Shown here piece by piece: positions 37,664 through 49,569 of a stretch of 64,000 nucleotides of DNA. Made by a program: the position numbers and the translations under genes. Under the pieces are notes generated by a model. The model was not told the DNA's origin, did not search any database, and was given only the letters and a program-made list of their open reading frames with translations. This DNA is from Podarcis tiliguerta. Taxonomy: Eukaryota. The stretch lies in assembly GCA_965153285.1 (NCBI GenBank), contig OZ229110.1; one strand, 5' to 3'. Positions within the stretch are counted from its first letter, which is position 1; every line of letters starts with the position of its first letter.

Positions 37664-37917
37664 TGTTAAGTTGTGGGTGAACATATCAGACGACACAGCG
37701 ATTCTTCAAACAGCTCTTGTTTATTCACAGGCCAGAACAGAACTGAAGGGTTCAGCCAGCCTGCTTATATAGAGCTCCACTAGAACGCAACAGTAACCAT
37801 TTTCTGTAACTATCCAATCACTGAACGTCACTTTTGATCCCTTGTTTGCATATGTGGACCTGAACTATCTACAGTATCCCCCCTGCTGGTCCAGGGTGAG
37901 AACTTCAGTGCATAACA
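37664..37917 (-). mobile_element. Solo LTR (254 bp) with 5-bp TSD taaat
   Basis: Termini TGTTA...TAACA. taaat at 37659-37663 and 37918-37922. Minus-strand TATATAA (37765-37771) then AATAAA (37720-37725). CCAAT box upstream of the TATA. Confidence 0.85.
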
Positions 37918-38638
37918 TAAATCTCACTGTATTTAATGGAGCTTTCAGCTTAAACCTGTTTAGGACTTGTGGCCAACTTCAGTTGTTTCAGTTTATTTAC
38001 TTTTTCCAATTCATCCTCAGAACACCTTACATTCTTGGGAAATGCCATTTCTAAACGTTGCTACTATGTTATAGACAGTAGGAGGAAATAGTTTTTTCCA
38101 AATCAAAAGATAACATTCCACTTTTTGTTCAGATTCTGGAAGCTGAGTTAATTCTTCTTATAGGAATTCCAGCACTTACAAGTCAGAACAGAAAAGCTGC
38201 TAAATCAGCATTCCTGAGAATATTTCAACCTTTATGTGTCTGGCCACAACCGGACCCTGTAGGCTATGAGAAGGCTATAAAAAAGACAAGAGGGAAGAAA
38301 CAAACTATTCTTGCTTCTAAAGAATTGAGTGTTAAATTTTAGAAGGGTGTGTAGCTTGGAACTAACCATGCTCACACTTTTCTTTTTTAACGACAAAATG
38401 CAAACACGCACAAAAACCAACTGGATAAGCTCTAGCAAGCCACCACCCAAAAGGGATAAAATACTACTTCTCCTCCTAACGAGTCTTTTAATGAAGGAAA
38501 TGTATTGCACTACAGAGGTATGCCTACAAGTATTTTGTGTATTACAAAAAACGAAGGGAAAGTGCACCATTTTGTAAGTAGAAATCGAACAACAACATTA
38601 CTAGATAAGCTACAGTGAATTATTCTGGATTTATATAG

Positions 38639-39008
38639 GTAACGGTAAAGGACCCCTGGTCCAGTCAAAGGTGACTATGGGTTGCGGCGCTCATCTCGCT
38701 TTCAGGCCAAGGGAGCCACCGTTTGTCCACAGACAGCTTTCCGGGTCATGTGGCCAGCATGACTAAACCACTTCTCGCGCAACAGAAAACCATGATGCAA
38801 ACCAGAGCACACAGAAACGCCGCTTACCTTCCCACCGCAGCAGTACCTATTTATCTACTTGCACTGGCATGTTTTTGAACTGCTAGGTTGGCAGGAGCTG
38901 GGACAGAGCAACGGGAGCTCACTTCATCGCAGGGATTCAAACCACCGACCTTCCAATCAGCAAACCCAGGTGGCTCAGTGGTTTAAACCACAGCGCCACC
39001 TATATCCC
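38639..39008 (-). mobile_element. Sauria SINE (different or older subfamily) with 16-bp TSD
   Basis: Sauria SINE body (ccttcccaccgcagcagtacctatttatctacttgcac). TSD ttctggatttatatag at 38623-38638 and 39009-39024. Confidence 0.9.
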
Positions 39009-39761
39009 TTCTGGATTTATATAGCATGCACACAATCCTTGCACCTCATACAGCTGTCCCCTCACGGTCTATGCTCAACGGGTTTTCTCACCACAAGGGC
39101 CCTTTAAGCATTCTCTCAGCTGTGTGGGTGCTGCTTTTCTGCAAGCACTTCCCATGTGAATAGTGTAATATGTAAGCAGCCCAACCCTCTGGCAGGGTGC
39201 CTGTTTCTGTGGCTGGATCCTGCATGTGCAGCCCCTGCCTATGTTGAGTCACTAAAACATTACCTCAGCTCCACAGAGTCACTGTAAGCCTTGGCTGACA
39301 TGAAATTGATTCTGTTAAGTCAGTATCATTTGAGTTTCCGCCTTCTCTAAGATGGGTCAAAATCACAACTCGTCCATTTTGCCCAACCTTCGTTCTGAAG
39401 TTTTTCTAGAAGGTTCTGAGCTGTGATATCACACACCATGTGACTTGGTCCGTAAATCCTGCTGTTCTTTCAATGACACTTCTCAGCCAGTTCATATAGT
39501 GAGTGACTAGGTGCAAGATTCTCAAAGCAGAACTGGAGGAACACTGTTACCCACACCATCAAGCATTAAGCTTCAGAATCCTACCAAAACTGTTTTATTT
39601 GGCCCAAAATGTGAGGTTAGCAGGTTATGCATCACCTAGGTCAGGAGTAGTCAATGCAGTGCCCCTCCAGCTGTTCAAAAGTATGTGGTGAAAACACAGT
39701 ATGAACCAAACCTAAGAATATGCCTTATGAATAGATTTTGATTTTCCCTGGTAGTCTGGAA

Positions 39762-39891
39762 TAGGGGTGGCCAATGTGGTTCCCTCCAAATGCTGCTGAA
39801 CTCTAATTTCCATCAGCCACCATGGTCAATGATCAGGAATGATGGGAGTTGTAGTCTAGCAACATCTGGAGGGCACACGTTGGCTATCGTG
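39762..39891. mobile_element. Old hAT-like MITE
   Basis: ccctccaaatg...gatgggagttgtagtc...acatctggaggg palindromic core shared with the 32203 and 49442 copies. Confidence 0.65.
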
Positions 39892-41927
39892 ACCTAGGTT
39901 CTCCTTCTTAATTGGCAAGCCCCTTTACTTTGTTCCCAGGATTGAGACAAGGAGGTTCTCTGGCCAATCAGTTCCCACCATCCTACAGTTCCTTCCAGCT
40001 ATCAATTGTTCTGTTTGTAAGAATCAGTACCCCCTGCAAATACAAAACATTCTATGCCTCTTCACTGTTTTCATGAAACTTCTGGATTACACCTGCTTCT
40101 GATATAAGCATCCATCTTACAAAGATGCCTTACACCATTTTTGCAGCCCATCCCCACCAACCAACCCCCCCCCCCCACCTAGCAAGCAACCACCTGAATG
40201 AACAACTAAATGTATGAGTCAAGACAGGTCCAAGCTGCCATTCACCTCACCCTCTATGAATCCCTTCCTCGTTTAGGGCAAAAAAATGCTTACATTTGTC
40301 CCTGGCATTTGTGCATCTATTCTGTTGCTCATTAGTTTTATTAAAAGCTATAAACTCTCTCCCAAAAATAATCAGCTGATTTCCAGCAATGCACAACTAC
40401 TGAACTAATATAGCCTCACACCTGAAAGCTTGACAATACAGCATTCGGGGTTGTCTGCATGCATTAATATCTATACCTCAACAAACTAAATAAATCAGGA
40501 GACAAATACAGAGTCCAGTATTATCCATCAATGTCAGAGGATGAGCTATGAGGATTCAAAATAAAGCTTGAATTAGAGAACATATAAACAGGGCTTTGAG
40601 TAAGACTATTGTCTTCGGAAAACCACAACAGCTCCAAGTCCCCCCCGCTCTGCACGCATGACAATGATGGTAGTCAAGGGGTTGAGGAGAACATCTGAGA
40701 ATGTACTGTCCAGCACTAAACAGCTGATTCTACATTTTGCCTAACTAGCCAACATCAACAAAAGAAAGCAGTAGTCCTAAATAGAGACTAACATCTTAAA
40801 TATGCTAAACATTTATTCCAACTGTTAAATTTTGACGCACCACCTTGTAATTTTTTTTAACATCAGAGTTACTCTTAGGAGGGGGGTGTTCCAGTGTAAG
40901 CAATGGCCAATAGAAGCACCAAATCTTCGTGGTATTGTTCCCAAGAGTCGCTCCCACCATTTAACAAAATCCAAATTTGTCACTCTGAGCTCCTTGGAGG
41001 AAGGGTGGAAGAGAAATATAAGAATCAAAATGGTGATTGAGTTTATATCCCTGTTTCCTCATAGGGCAGACTCAGGCACGCAGAGCCAAACTGATTCTCA
41101 GCATATGCACAGAATTCCTTCAAGGGGGGGAAAAAAGTGTGTCAACCCTTCTATCATGCTATGATTTCATTTATTGGGAGTGACTTGTGGAAATGCTTCC
41201 CTGCAGGGATTAACTTCCACAGAAACGATGAGACAATACTGAAGCTTGCCTGAAAGCTGGGCTTATTCGCATGGAACCCTTGCTTTATTAGGTGAGATGG
41301 CTTGGCTTGGGTGGTCAAGCAAGGACAATGGTGCCGTTAGGTAATTTTACGCTCTGAACTTAACTGTCTTATGCCCCACATATGCTCTTTAGCTGGCCAT
41401 GTGCATTACTTAAAAATTAGGTAAACAAGCCCTACCATGTCTGATGGCCCTTCTGGATGTTCTGCTGAGTGGGGCTCTGGGCATCTGCCCTGAGAGCACC
41501 ACTGATTTGTGGTGACTTAAATGCACCTCTGTACATGCTCTGAAGTATATTAGTAATTTATATGGTCCTGGGCAGAGCCCTAGCACTGATAACAGGACTG
41601 GATGCTGTCCAGACTCCAATTGAAAACAAAAACAAATTAAAGCCACTAGCAATTACTACAGATTCACATTGTGCATTCCCACCCAACATTTCACTTTTTA
41701 AAAAGGAGCAGAGTTTAGTTTATGTAACACCCCTATTTTCAAATATCTACTCCAGCCACAGGAGCTGGAGGCTCTTTTTCACCAGCTGTATATTGTACTT
41801 ATTTACTCTGCAACAACCTTCCACTGACTTTAAGGTGACTCTCTTTTAGAAACATTCTGACCTATTAAAAAGACAAAAAGGAAGGAATTCTTTAAGGGTG
41901 AGATCACATAATTTGATGGAGCTCAAC

Positions 41928-42074
41928 CAGTGGCGTAGCGTGGGGGTGCAGGGGGGGGCCGGCCGCCCCAGGCGCAACATCTGGGGGTTAGGGTTAGGGG
42001 GCGCAAATCCACGGGTTAGGGGGCGCAAATTACTTGCCTTGTCCTGGGTGCTGACAACCCACGCTACGCCACTG
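41928..42074. mobile_element. 147-bp hAT MITE with TTAGGG motifs (second copy)
   Basis: Perfect 17-bp TIR cagtggcgtagcgtggg. Perfect TSD agctcaac (41920-41927, 42075-42082). Confidence 0.95.
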
Positions 42075-44248
42075 AGCTCAACTTATTAAATATGTGGCAC
42101 TACAAGTTTGAGAAAGCAATATGGTAAAGAGTAGGTGACAGAATGGAGAAATAAATGGTGCCCTTGCCGTTCGCTTTGAAAATTCACAAAAATGTGGTGT
42201 AAACCTGGCACCGTGTTTTAGGGAATTTTCAAAACACTTTTGCACTGTAAAAAGAAGCGTTATCATTTAGTGCACTAAAATCTTAACCCCACGGAGTGTC
42301 CACAAATGCTTTGCCAGAATTTCCACGCTCTTCATGGTAATCAGGTTGGCGATCAAAGCCTTGTTTAAAAATAAGAACAGGCAAGGCCTTTCTTGTTTTT
42401 GAAGGAAACTAGTATCAACCTAACAACATGAGCTTGCCTTCAAAGGACCTTTGCTTTCCTTTCCTTGCTTGGGGCATCACTTCCAAAGTTCGGGTCATTT
42501 ATGAATTCCATGATTCATTACTCCACAAACCAGCGGCAATGAGTGTTCAACAAATATTAAAAGTCAGAAGTTACATCTCTAGATAATGCAGTCAGGGGAT
42601 CTAACCAATTCATACATTCACTTATTTACAAAACCTAAGACCCCAACAAAGTATTCAGAGTTTTTAAAATTATTAATAACAAGTATGTCTATATGTGTGT
42701 GTGTGTGTGTATCTATTCATACTTATAATTTGAAGGCAACCCTGCATAAGCTAGAATCTACACTGACTTTTGGTTTGAATTACTCTCCCTGCATTCTTTT
42801 TCACACACTAGGAGTCATCTTTTACGCTAGCAGAGGAAAGTCCCACTGAATTCACACAGCCTTTCTTCCAGGTATTGCACAGCATAGCACTGCACCCTCA
42901 GGAAACCTCTAACAGAAAGGTGTTCTCACAAGTCATACCCAAAGCACCTTTTAGTCTGGAATGCACCACTTTGGAATATTAAGGTAGTACAGAATGTGGA
43001 CGGAGCCCTTTAAAATAAATCAATCAATCAAAAATCCTTTCTAGTCAATGGGGCCATCAGCATTTGACTACAGCTGCAGAGAAATGCAAAAAACTGATTT
43101 AACATGTGAAAATCGCATTTGATTTCCCCATGAACACACACACAGACAAATGTAAGATAAAAAGACACTTGCCATTATAGCAGGAATTATCTTACTGTAA
43201 GAAGAGCCCAGCTTTTCTCCCCTCCCCCTTTCTTTTTGCTTGCTTCTTTAAAGGGGAGAAGGAACCAACAAATAAACCCGGGACCATTCCATTCCACATG
43301 GTCTTGTGTGCTAAGAGCATCAAGATTTCTCTGGGAAAACCCCAGACCAAACCACTGCACCTTGAGCTCCTTTTCTAAAAGCCGCCGCATTTACAGGCTA
43401 ACTTTCTCAAATGCTAGATCCATGAAGAGTAGCTTTGTAAAAACGGCGTCGATGTGCAAAGGGCAACCCGCTCGCATCTTTCTGGGTTCCCGGCTCAAAT
43501 GTCCAGTTAAAAGCAAACAGCCCAGACCCCATTTCAACGCTCTCAGGTTACAGAGTCAGTTAAGTCTTTCAGCACTACAGCTTCAAGTGTATTGCAGGCA
43601 GACTCAACAGACTCAAAAGTTTTCTTTCTCTCCCCCTCCCCAACATCTGCTTCTTGTTTTGCCACTTCCCATCTTGCTAGCCTTCTCTGCCTCCACCCCC
43701 CCCCCCAGTTTAAAATCAAAGCAAGCCAGGCGACCTTGCCGCTCTTACCCCAGGGAGATGGCGCTGTGTGTCAGTTTAGCCTTTAGAACGACTGCCAAGG
43801 CAGCCGGGGCTCCCTTTTGCTTGCGTAGTGAGGCTGCCTTGTGGGAGTGGTGTGGGGAGGTATGCATTATACATGCTTGAGCAGGACCCGTGGCTGTTTG
43901 CCTGCCTGTCAGTCAGCCCTGCTCAGTTAGTGTGGGCAGGGCAGAAGGGGGGGGGGAGGGAGGGAGGGAGGGAAAGTGCAGCAGGTTACTCTCAAATCAA
44001 ACAAGGCACACCCGTGGAGGATAGAAGGAAATGGGCAGCAAAAGAACCACCTCCAAATCCTTGGAGCTTGGATAACCTTTTGTGTTGTGGGCATGCATGT
44101 GTGCAGCAATTTCTGAAAGGGGCAGAAAGAGGGGGAAGGGAAGGCACACCCCCACACTTTTAGGACACAGAAAAGCCTGTGCTTTAATATCAAACATGGC
44201 GGGCTATGGTTGCCCTGTGGTGTGTGAGAGAGATGCACTCTGCATATA

Positions 44249-44474
44249 CAGTGGTACCTCAGGTTAAGTACTTAATTCGTTCCGGAGGTCCGTACTTAAC
44301 CTGAAACTGTTCTCAACCTGAAACACCACTTTAGCTAATGGGGCCTCCTGCTCCTGCTGCGCCGCCGGAGCCCAATTTCTGTTCTCATCCTGAAGCAAAG
44401 TTCTTAACCTGAAGCACTATTTCTGGGTTAGCGGAGTCTGTAACCTGAAGCATATGCAACCTGAGGTACCACTG
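44249..44474. mobile_element. Tc1/mariner (Tigger-like) MITE, TA TSD
   Basis: ta|cagtggtacctcaggtt ... aacctgaggtaccactg|ta. Confidence 0.9.
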
Positions 44475-45068
44475 TAATCAAATTGTATCATTCCATTGCC
44501 ACAAATGACAGTTTATGAGGAACTAGGCATTTCTTTCATTTCAGTTTTTAAAGTTTTAAACCCCTTAAAAATTTATCTGTCTTGGGTAACATTAAATTCC
44601 GACTTTGTCTTCTGGGCATGTTGGACTGATTATAAATCCTGCTTGGTCCTTTAGCTCGTCTTATATTCTGCCACTGGCAGGTGGCATTTTTGATAAATGA
44701 TATTTGAGGAAGGATAACAATTACTTCCAGCTAAAACACAGACCACTAATCATTTGGAGAAACATCTTAAAGCAGCTTTGTTTACAGTGCCATCAGCACC
44801 AATCACTCCTTTCCCCACCTGACAACTTCAATTAAAATCAGGATTTAAGATCTACGCTGTGTGTCTGCCTATGACAAATGAATATATTAGGAGAGAGACA
44901 GAGGGCGACTCTCCCAAAGTTTGCTTTTCAGTCTTAAACCTTTGCTAGAAGAGAACTACCTGCTGACTTTTAACTATAGACCCAGAAGGGGATCCCAGCG
45001 CTCTCATGCTGTATTCCTCTCAAGACTTAAGACTTAGCACTACTGATATTCTGACAGCCCATACATAA

Positions 45069-45753
45069 GAGCAGTACATGTGAAAAGGATCTAGGAGTCT
45101 TGGTTGACCACAAACTTGACATGAGCCAACAGTGTGACGCAGCAGCTAAAAAAGCCAATGCAATTCTGGGCTGCATCAATAGGAGTATAGCATCTAGATC
45201 AAGGGAAGTAATAGTGCCACTGTATTCTGCTCTGGTCAGACCTCACCTGGAGTACTGTGTCCAGTTCTGGGCACCACAGTTCAAGAAGGACACTTACAAA
45301 CTAGAACGTGTCCAGAGGAGAGCAACCAAAATGGTCAAAGGCCTGGAAACGATGCCTTATGAGGAACGGCTAAGGGAGCTGGGCATGCTTAGCCTGGAGA
45401 AGAGGAGGTTAAGGGGTGATATGATAGCCATGTTCAAATATATAAAAGGATGTCACATAGAGGAGGGAGAAATGTTGTTTTCTGCTGCTCCAGAGAAGCG
45501 GACACGGAGCAATGGATCCAAACTACAAGAAAGAAGATTCCACCTAAACATTAGGAAGAACTTCCTGACAGTAAGAGCTGTTCGACAGTGGAATTTGCTG
45601 CCAAGGAGTGTGGTGGAGTCTCCTTCTTTGGAGGTCTTTAAGCAGAGGCTTGACAACCATATGTCAAGATTGGTCTGATGGTGTTTCCTGCTTGGCAGGG
45701 GGTTGGACTCGATGGCCCTTGTGGTCTATTCCAACTCTATGATTCTAAGATTC
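45069..45753 (+). mobile_element. CR1 LINE 3' fragment with uninterrupted ORF2 C-terminus
   Basis: ORF 45100..45678 [16 protein letters not shown]...[19 protein letters not shown]...LEKRRLRGD. Tail ttccaactctatgattcta. Confidence 0.95.
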
Positions 45754-47131
45754 CGAAAGCATCATTTGGGAAAACACTGCACGGGTATATTCACAGTATC
45801 TATCCCTTTCTGCCAATGATAAGGAAGAACAAGTACTTGTTGCCTGCAGCAGGTCCCAGATCTAATTCCTAGGAGCTCAGAACTGTCTACACTGACAGCC
45901 AGCAGGGGCAAGTGCTTGGATCCTGTTTGTGGGTTCCACAAGGACATCTGGTTGGCCACTGTGAGTACAGGATGATGGACTAGAATGGCCATTGGCCTGC
46001 TCCAGAAGGGTCTTCTTTAAGTTCCTATGTTCTAATAATCTGGAAGTACTTGACACGGAGCTGACATCAGAGACTCGGGTGCTTCACTGGCTTGGAATGC
46101 TGTTTTCCAGCTCTGGCAAGTTTGTCTGCTCTGGCTGCCCTAGACAGAGATAACCTGGTCACTTTGACCTGTGCTCTGGCTACCTCCCACTTGGATTAAT
46201 GCAATACATGAACATGAACCTGCCTTAAAACTGACCTGGAAACTACGATTAGTGCCAAGTGTGCCTGTCAGAGTATTATCTGGAGCGGCCATCAGGGATC
46301 ACATAATACCAAAAGATCTTCAATGGGTGTTTATAAGCTTCTGGGCTGAATTTAAAGTACTGCCACCTAAACAACTTGGGACTCAAGCATCTTGGAGCAA
46401 CGCTCGTCCCTGTATTAGCATGCTGGAGTTCCTGGATCCGGGGATGAAGCCCTTCTCATGGTCCCACATTTGAAAACTTTGGCTTAATGCAAGCCAGCAC
46501 TTCTGCGCCAAAGCAAGCACATGAGGGAAGGGGGTGTATGGAAGAGAGGTACAAAGTTGTGGACGAACGTCTGAAGGTGGCTAATATTTGACTGTGGTGC
46601 AATAAGAGGCGGTGTCAGCTGTACAGTGTGCTGACCATACTTAGAAGAACCAAAAGACAGACTCAATGCAAGGCAGCTTCAGCCCGTGTTGTGGAATATG
46701 TAAGTTTGGTAACACCACCTTGTGGCCACAAGAGGGTAGTGTGACTCACAATATACCAGAAAAAGGGTCATCTATGGACATCTGTGTAGGGGTGCCATTC
46801 AGAGCAGTGGTGTGCTGCGTCCTCTACCTTGCATTCTTCAGACCACATGACCTATATTGGGCCACTTCATAGGTTTGACATGCAGAGCAGCTTTTACTAT
46901 AAGCATTGCAATGGTCTACATACCATGGTTCTTCTAATACGTTGATAACAGTGCTATGGCTATTATGGGGTATTAAAAGTACCCCCTCGATAGCTAGCCC
47001 CCTTAATACACCCTCCAGTTTTGCAATTCAAAACATATTTCATGTTCTGAATATGTTACCTATTGCTTATCCTTCCCAAGGGAAGCCCAAAGTGGCTAAC
47101 AAAACAGATTGGTTGCAGAACATCAATGTAT

Positions 47132-47550
47132 TGTTGTTGTTTAGTCGTTCAGTCGTGTCCGACTCTTCGTGACCCCATGGACCAGAGCACGCCAGGTACT
47201 CCTGTCTTCCACTGCCTCCCACAGTTTGGTCAGATTCATGTTTGTAGCTTTGACAACACTGTCTAACCATCTCGTCCTCTGTCATCCCCTTCTCCTTGTG
47301 CCCTCCATCTTTCCCAACATCAGGGTCTTTTCCAGGGAGTCTTCTCTTCTCATGAGGTGGCCAAAGTATCGGCTGTAGGATCTGTCCTTCCAGTGAGCAC
47401 TCAGGGCTGATTTCCTTAAGAATGGGTGCGTTTGATCTTCTTGCAGTGCATGGGACTCTCAAGAGTCTCCTCCAGCACCATAATTCAAAAGCGTCAATTC
47501 TTCGGCGATCAGCCTTCTTTATGGTCCAGCTCTCACTTCCATACATCACT
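47132..47550 (-). mobile_element. BovB (RTE) LINE 3' fragment with 13-bp TSD
   Basis: MYGSESWTIKKADRRRIDAFELWCWRRLLRVP. (CAA)n tail. TSD aacatcaatgtat at 47119-47131 and 47551-47563. Confidence 0.93.
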
Positions 47551-49023
47551 AACATCAATGTATATCCATGTCAAAACTTTTGCTCCCCCGAAAATCTCTT
47601 TGCCCCCACTTCTAACCAGCCTTAAGCCGCAGCCCTGCAAAAACGCAATAAGCTTGATTTCCTTAAACACTTAGAAGAGCATGGCTTGCTTCCAATATCT
47701 GCTCTTCTGTTCAGAACTGCAATCTGTGGATGGGCCATCATATTGCAAGAATTGCCTTCGTTGTGGGTAAACGGTTTATATTTTACACACGGAAGAACTC
47801 ACTACATTTGGCAACCAAAGTGTGCAAACAGGGTATGGGGGAAGAAAATGATTCAGGGGCAATATTACGTGTTCTCCTGGTCTTTTGTGGTTTTTAGGTA
47901 CAAGAGCTAACATGGTGCTCCATCAATCAAGTGAACTTTGAATTCTATGACAGCTAGGCCCCCCTCATTAAAAAAAGAGAAGAAAAGGAAGAATGTGTTG
48001 GGGTTCTTCCCTAGCCCCAAATATATTGTGCATTACTACTAATTGCTCTCAGAGCAGCAGCAAGGCAACAAAAGATTTTCAGAGTGTGAGCATTACGGCT
48101 GATTCATCGAGGTCAGAATCTGAAAGAAGGCTGGGGCCAAATAAATCCCCCATCACAGCAACACCAACAGTTTAATGAAGATGTGCTCAGTCACCCTTAT
48201 TAACAGAGATTACGAGGCAGAAGGGCTGCTCTACTGCTTTTTCAGTGAAGGCACAATGGAGGCTAATTTCAAAGCAATGCTTTGCTCAACTCCCTTTAAA
48301 ATTCATAACACAGAGTTCATCCCTCGGTTAAGAGACGGAGAGTCAAGAAAGACTGAATAAAGGGAACCGTTTGCATTTTTAAGAAGTGTTTGCTCACCTG
48401 CAGATGTATTTAATAACAGGGAATTACATTGTGTAAAGCTGTGGACAAGGATGGCATTTGCTTTGGCTAATAGGTTGCCACAGAAATGCCTCTTACCACG
48501 CCAGCGGAGAATAAGCACTCCTCTTTCCAAAGTTTTACATATCTGAGCAAGAAAAAAGCTTAAAAAGCATTATAACTGGGTTGTGATACTTTTATAATAA
48601 ACCAACTAATTACGAATGAGGAAGGAATAACTTGAAAGAAATGAAGGAAAAGGTTCCACCACTGCTGTTAGCTCAGCTACTTTCAGTTTCCAGAAAAATT
48701 AACTCTATACCCATAAGACAAACTCTTATCTCCCACAATTCTTATCTTGCTAGCACAAGGCTCTATAAGAGAGTGCCTGTCAGTTCTTAATGTTGTAACA
48801 AAAATAACTAGGGTCCTTCCAGCTTCTCATAGGAGTTTCTAACCAATTAAATATGCATAAATCTACAGGCAACAACTGTTTTGTTTTCAGATGAAGCATA
48901 CATGTGCAGAGCATTTAAAAGAGACATTTCACCCTCTCTCACATCCAGGACAGAATACTCCTCTTAGAGTTGCTCTTGCCACCAGAAGCTTTTATAAATT
49001 AGATACATGTATCCTTACTCTGT

Positions 49024-49386
49024 GGGACACAGGTGGCGCTGTGGGTAAAAGCCTCAGTGCCTAGGACTTGCCGATCGAAAGGTCGGCGGTTCGAATCCCT
49101 GCAGCGGGGTGCGCTCCCGTTGCTCGGTCCCAGCGCCTGCCAACCTAGCAGTTCGAAAGCACTCCCGGGTGCAAGTAGATAAATAGGGACCGCTTACTAG
49201 CGGGAAGGTAAACGGCGTTTCCGTGTGCTGCGCTGGCTTGCCAGATGCAGCTTGTCACACTGGCCACGTGACCCGGAAGTGTCTCTGGACAGCGCTGGCC
49301 CCCGGCCTCTTAAGTGAGATGGGCGCACAACCCTAGAGTCTGTCAAGACTGGCCCGGACGGGCAGGGGTACCTTTACCTTTACCTT
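49024..49386 (+). mobile_element. Sauria SINE, full length
   Basis: gggacacaggtggcgctgtgggtaaaa...ggttcgaatccc...(ACCTTT)n. TSD-like tatccttact on both sides. Same subfamily as 27634-27995. Confidence 0.93.
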
Positions 49387-49441
49387 ATCCTTACTATCTC
49401 TTAGATTGGGGGCACCTATTCAGTCTTCCAAAAGGCTAACC

Positions 49442-49569
49442 CAGGCTTCCTCAACCTCGGCCCTCCAGATGTTTTTGGCCTACAACTCCCATGATACCTA
49501 GCTAGCAGGACCAGTAGTCAGGGATGATAGGAAACAAAACATCTGGAGGGCTGAGATTGAGGAAGCCTG
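49442..49569. mobile_element. hAT MITE
   Basis: TIR caggcttcctcaa / ttgaggaagcctg. Perfect TSD ggctaacc. Confidence 0.9.

Noticed and set aside
39264-39425. Possible extra STON2 cassette exon (ag...gag|gtaatg on the minus strand)
   Set aside because: Stop codons in all three frames.
43236-43880. 214-aa plus-strand ORF
   Set aside because: Non-ATG start, no recognisable domain, composition typical of a chance ORF.
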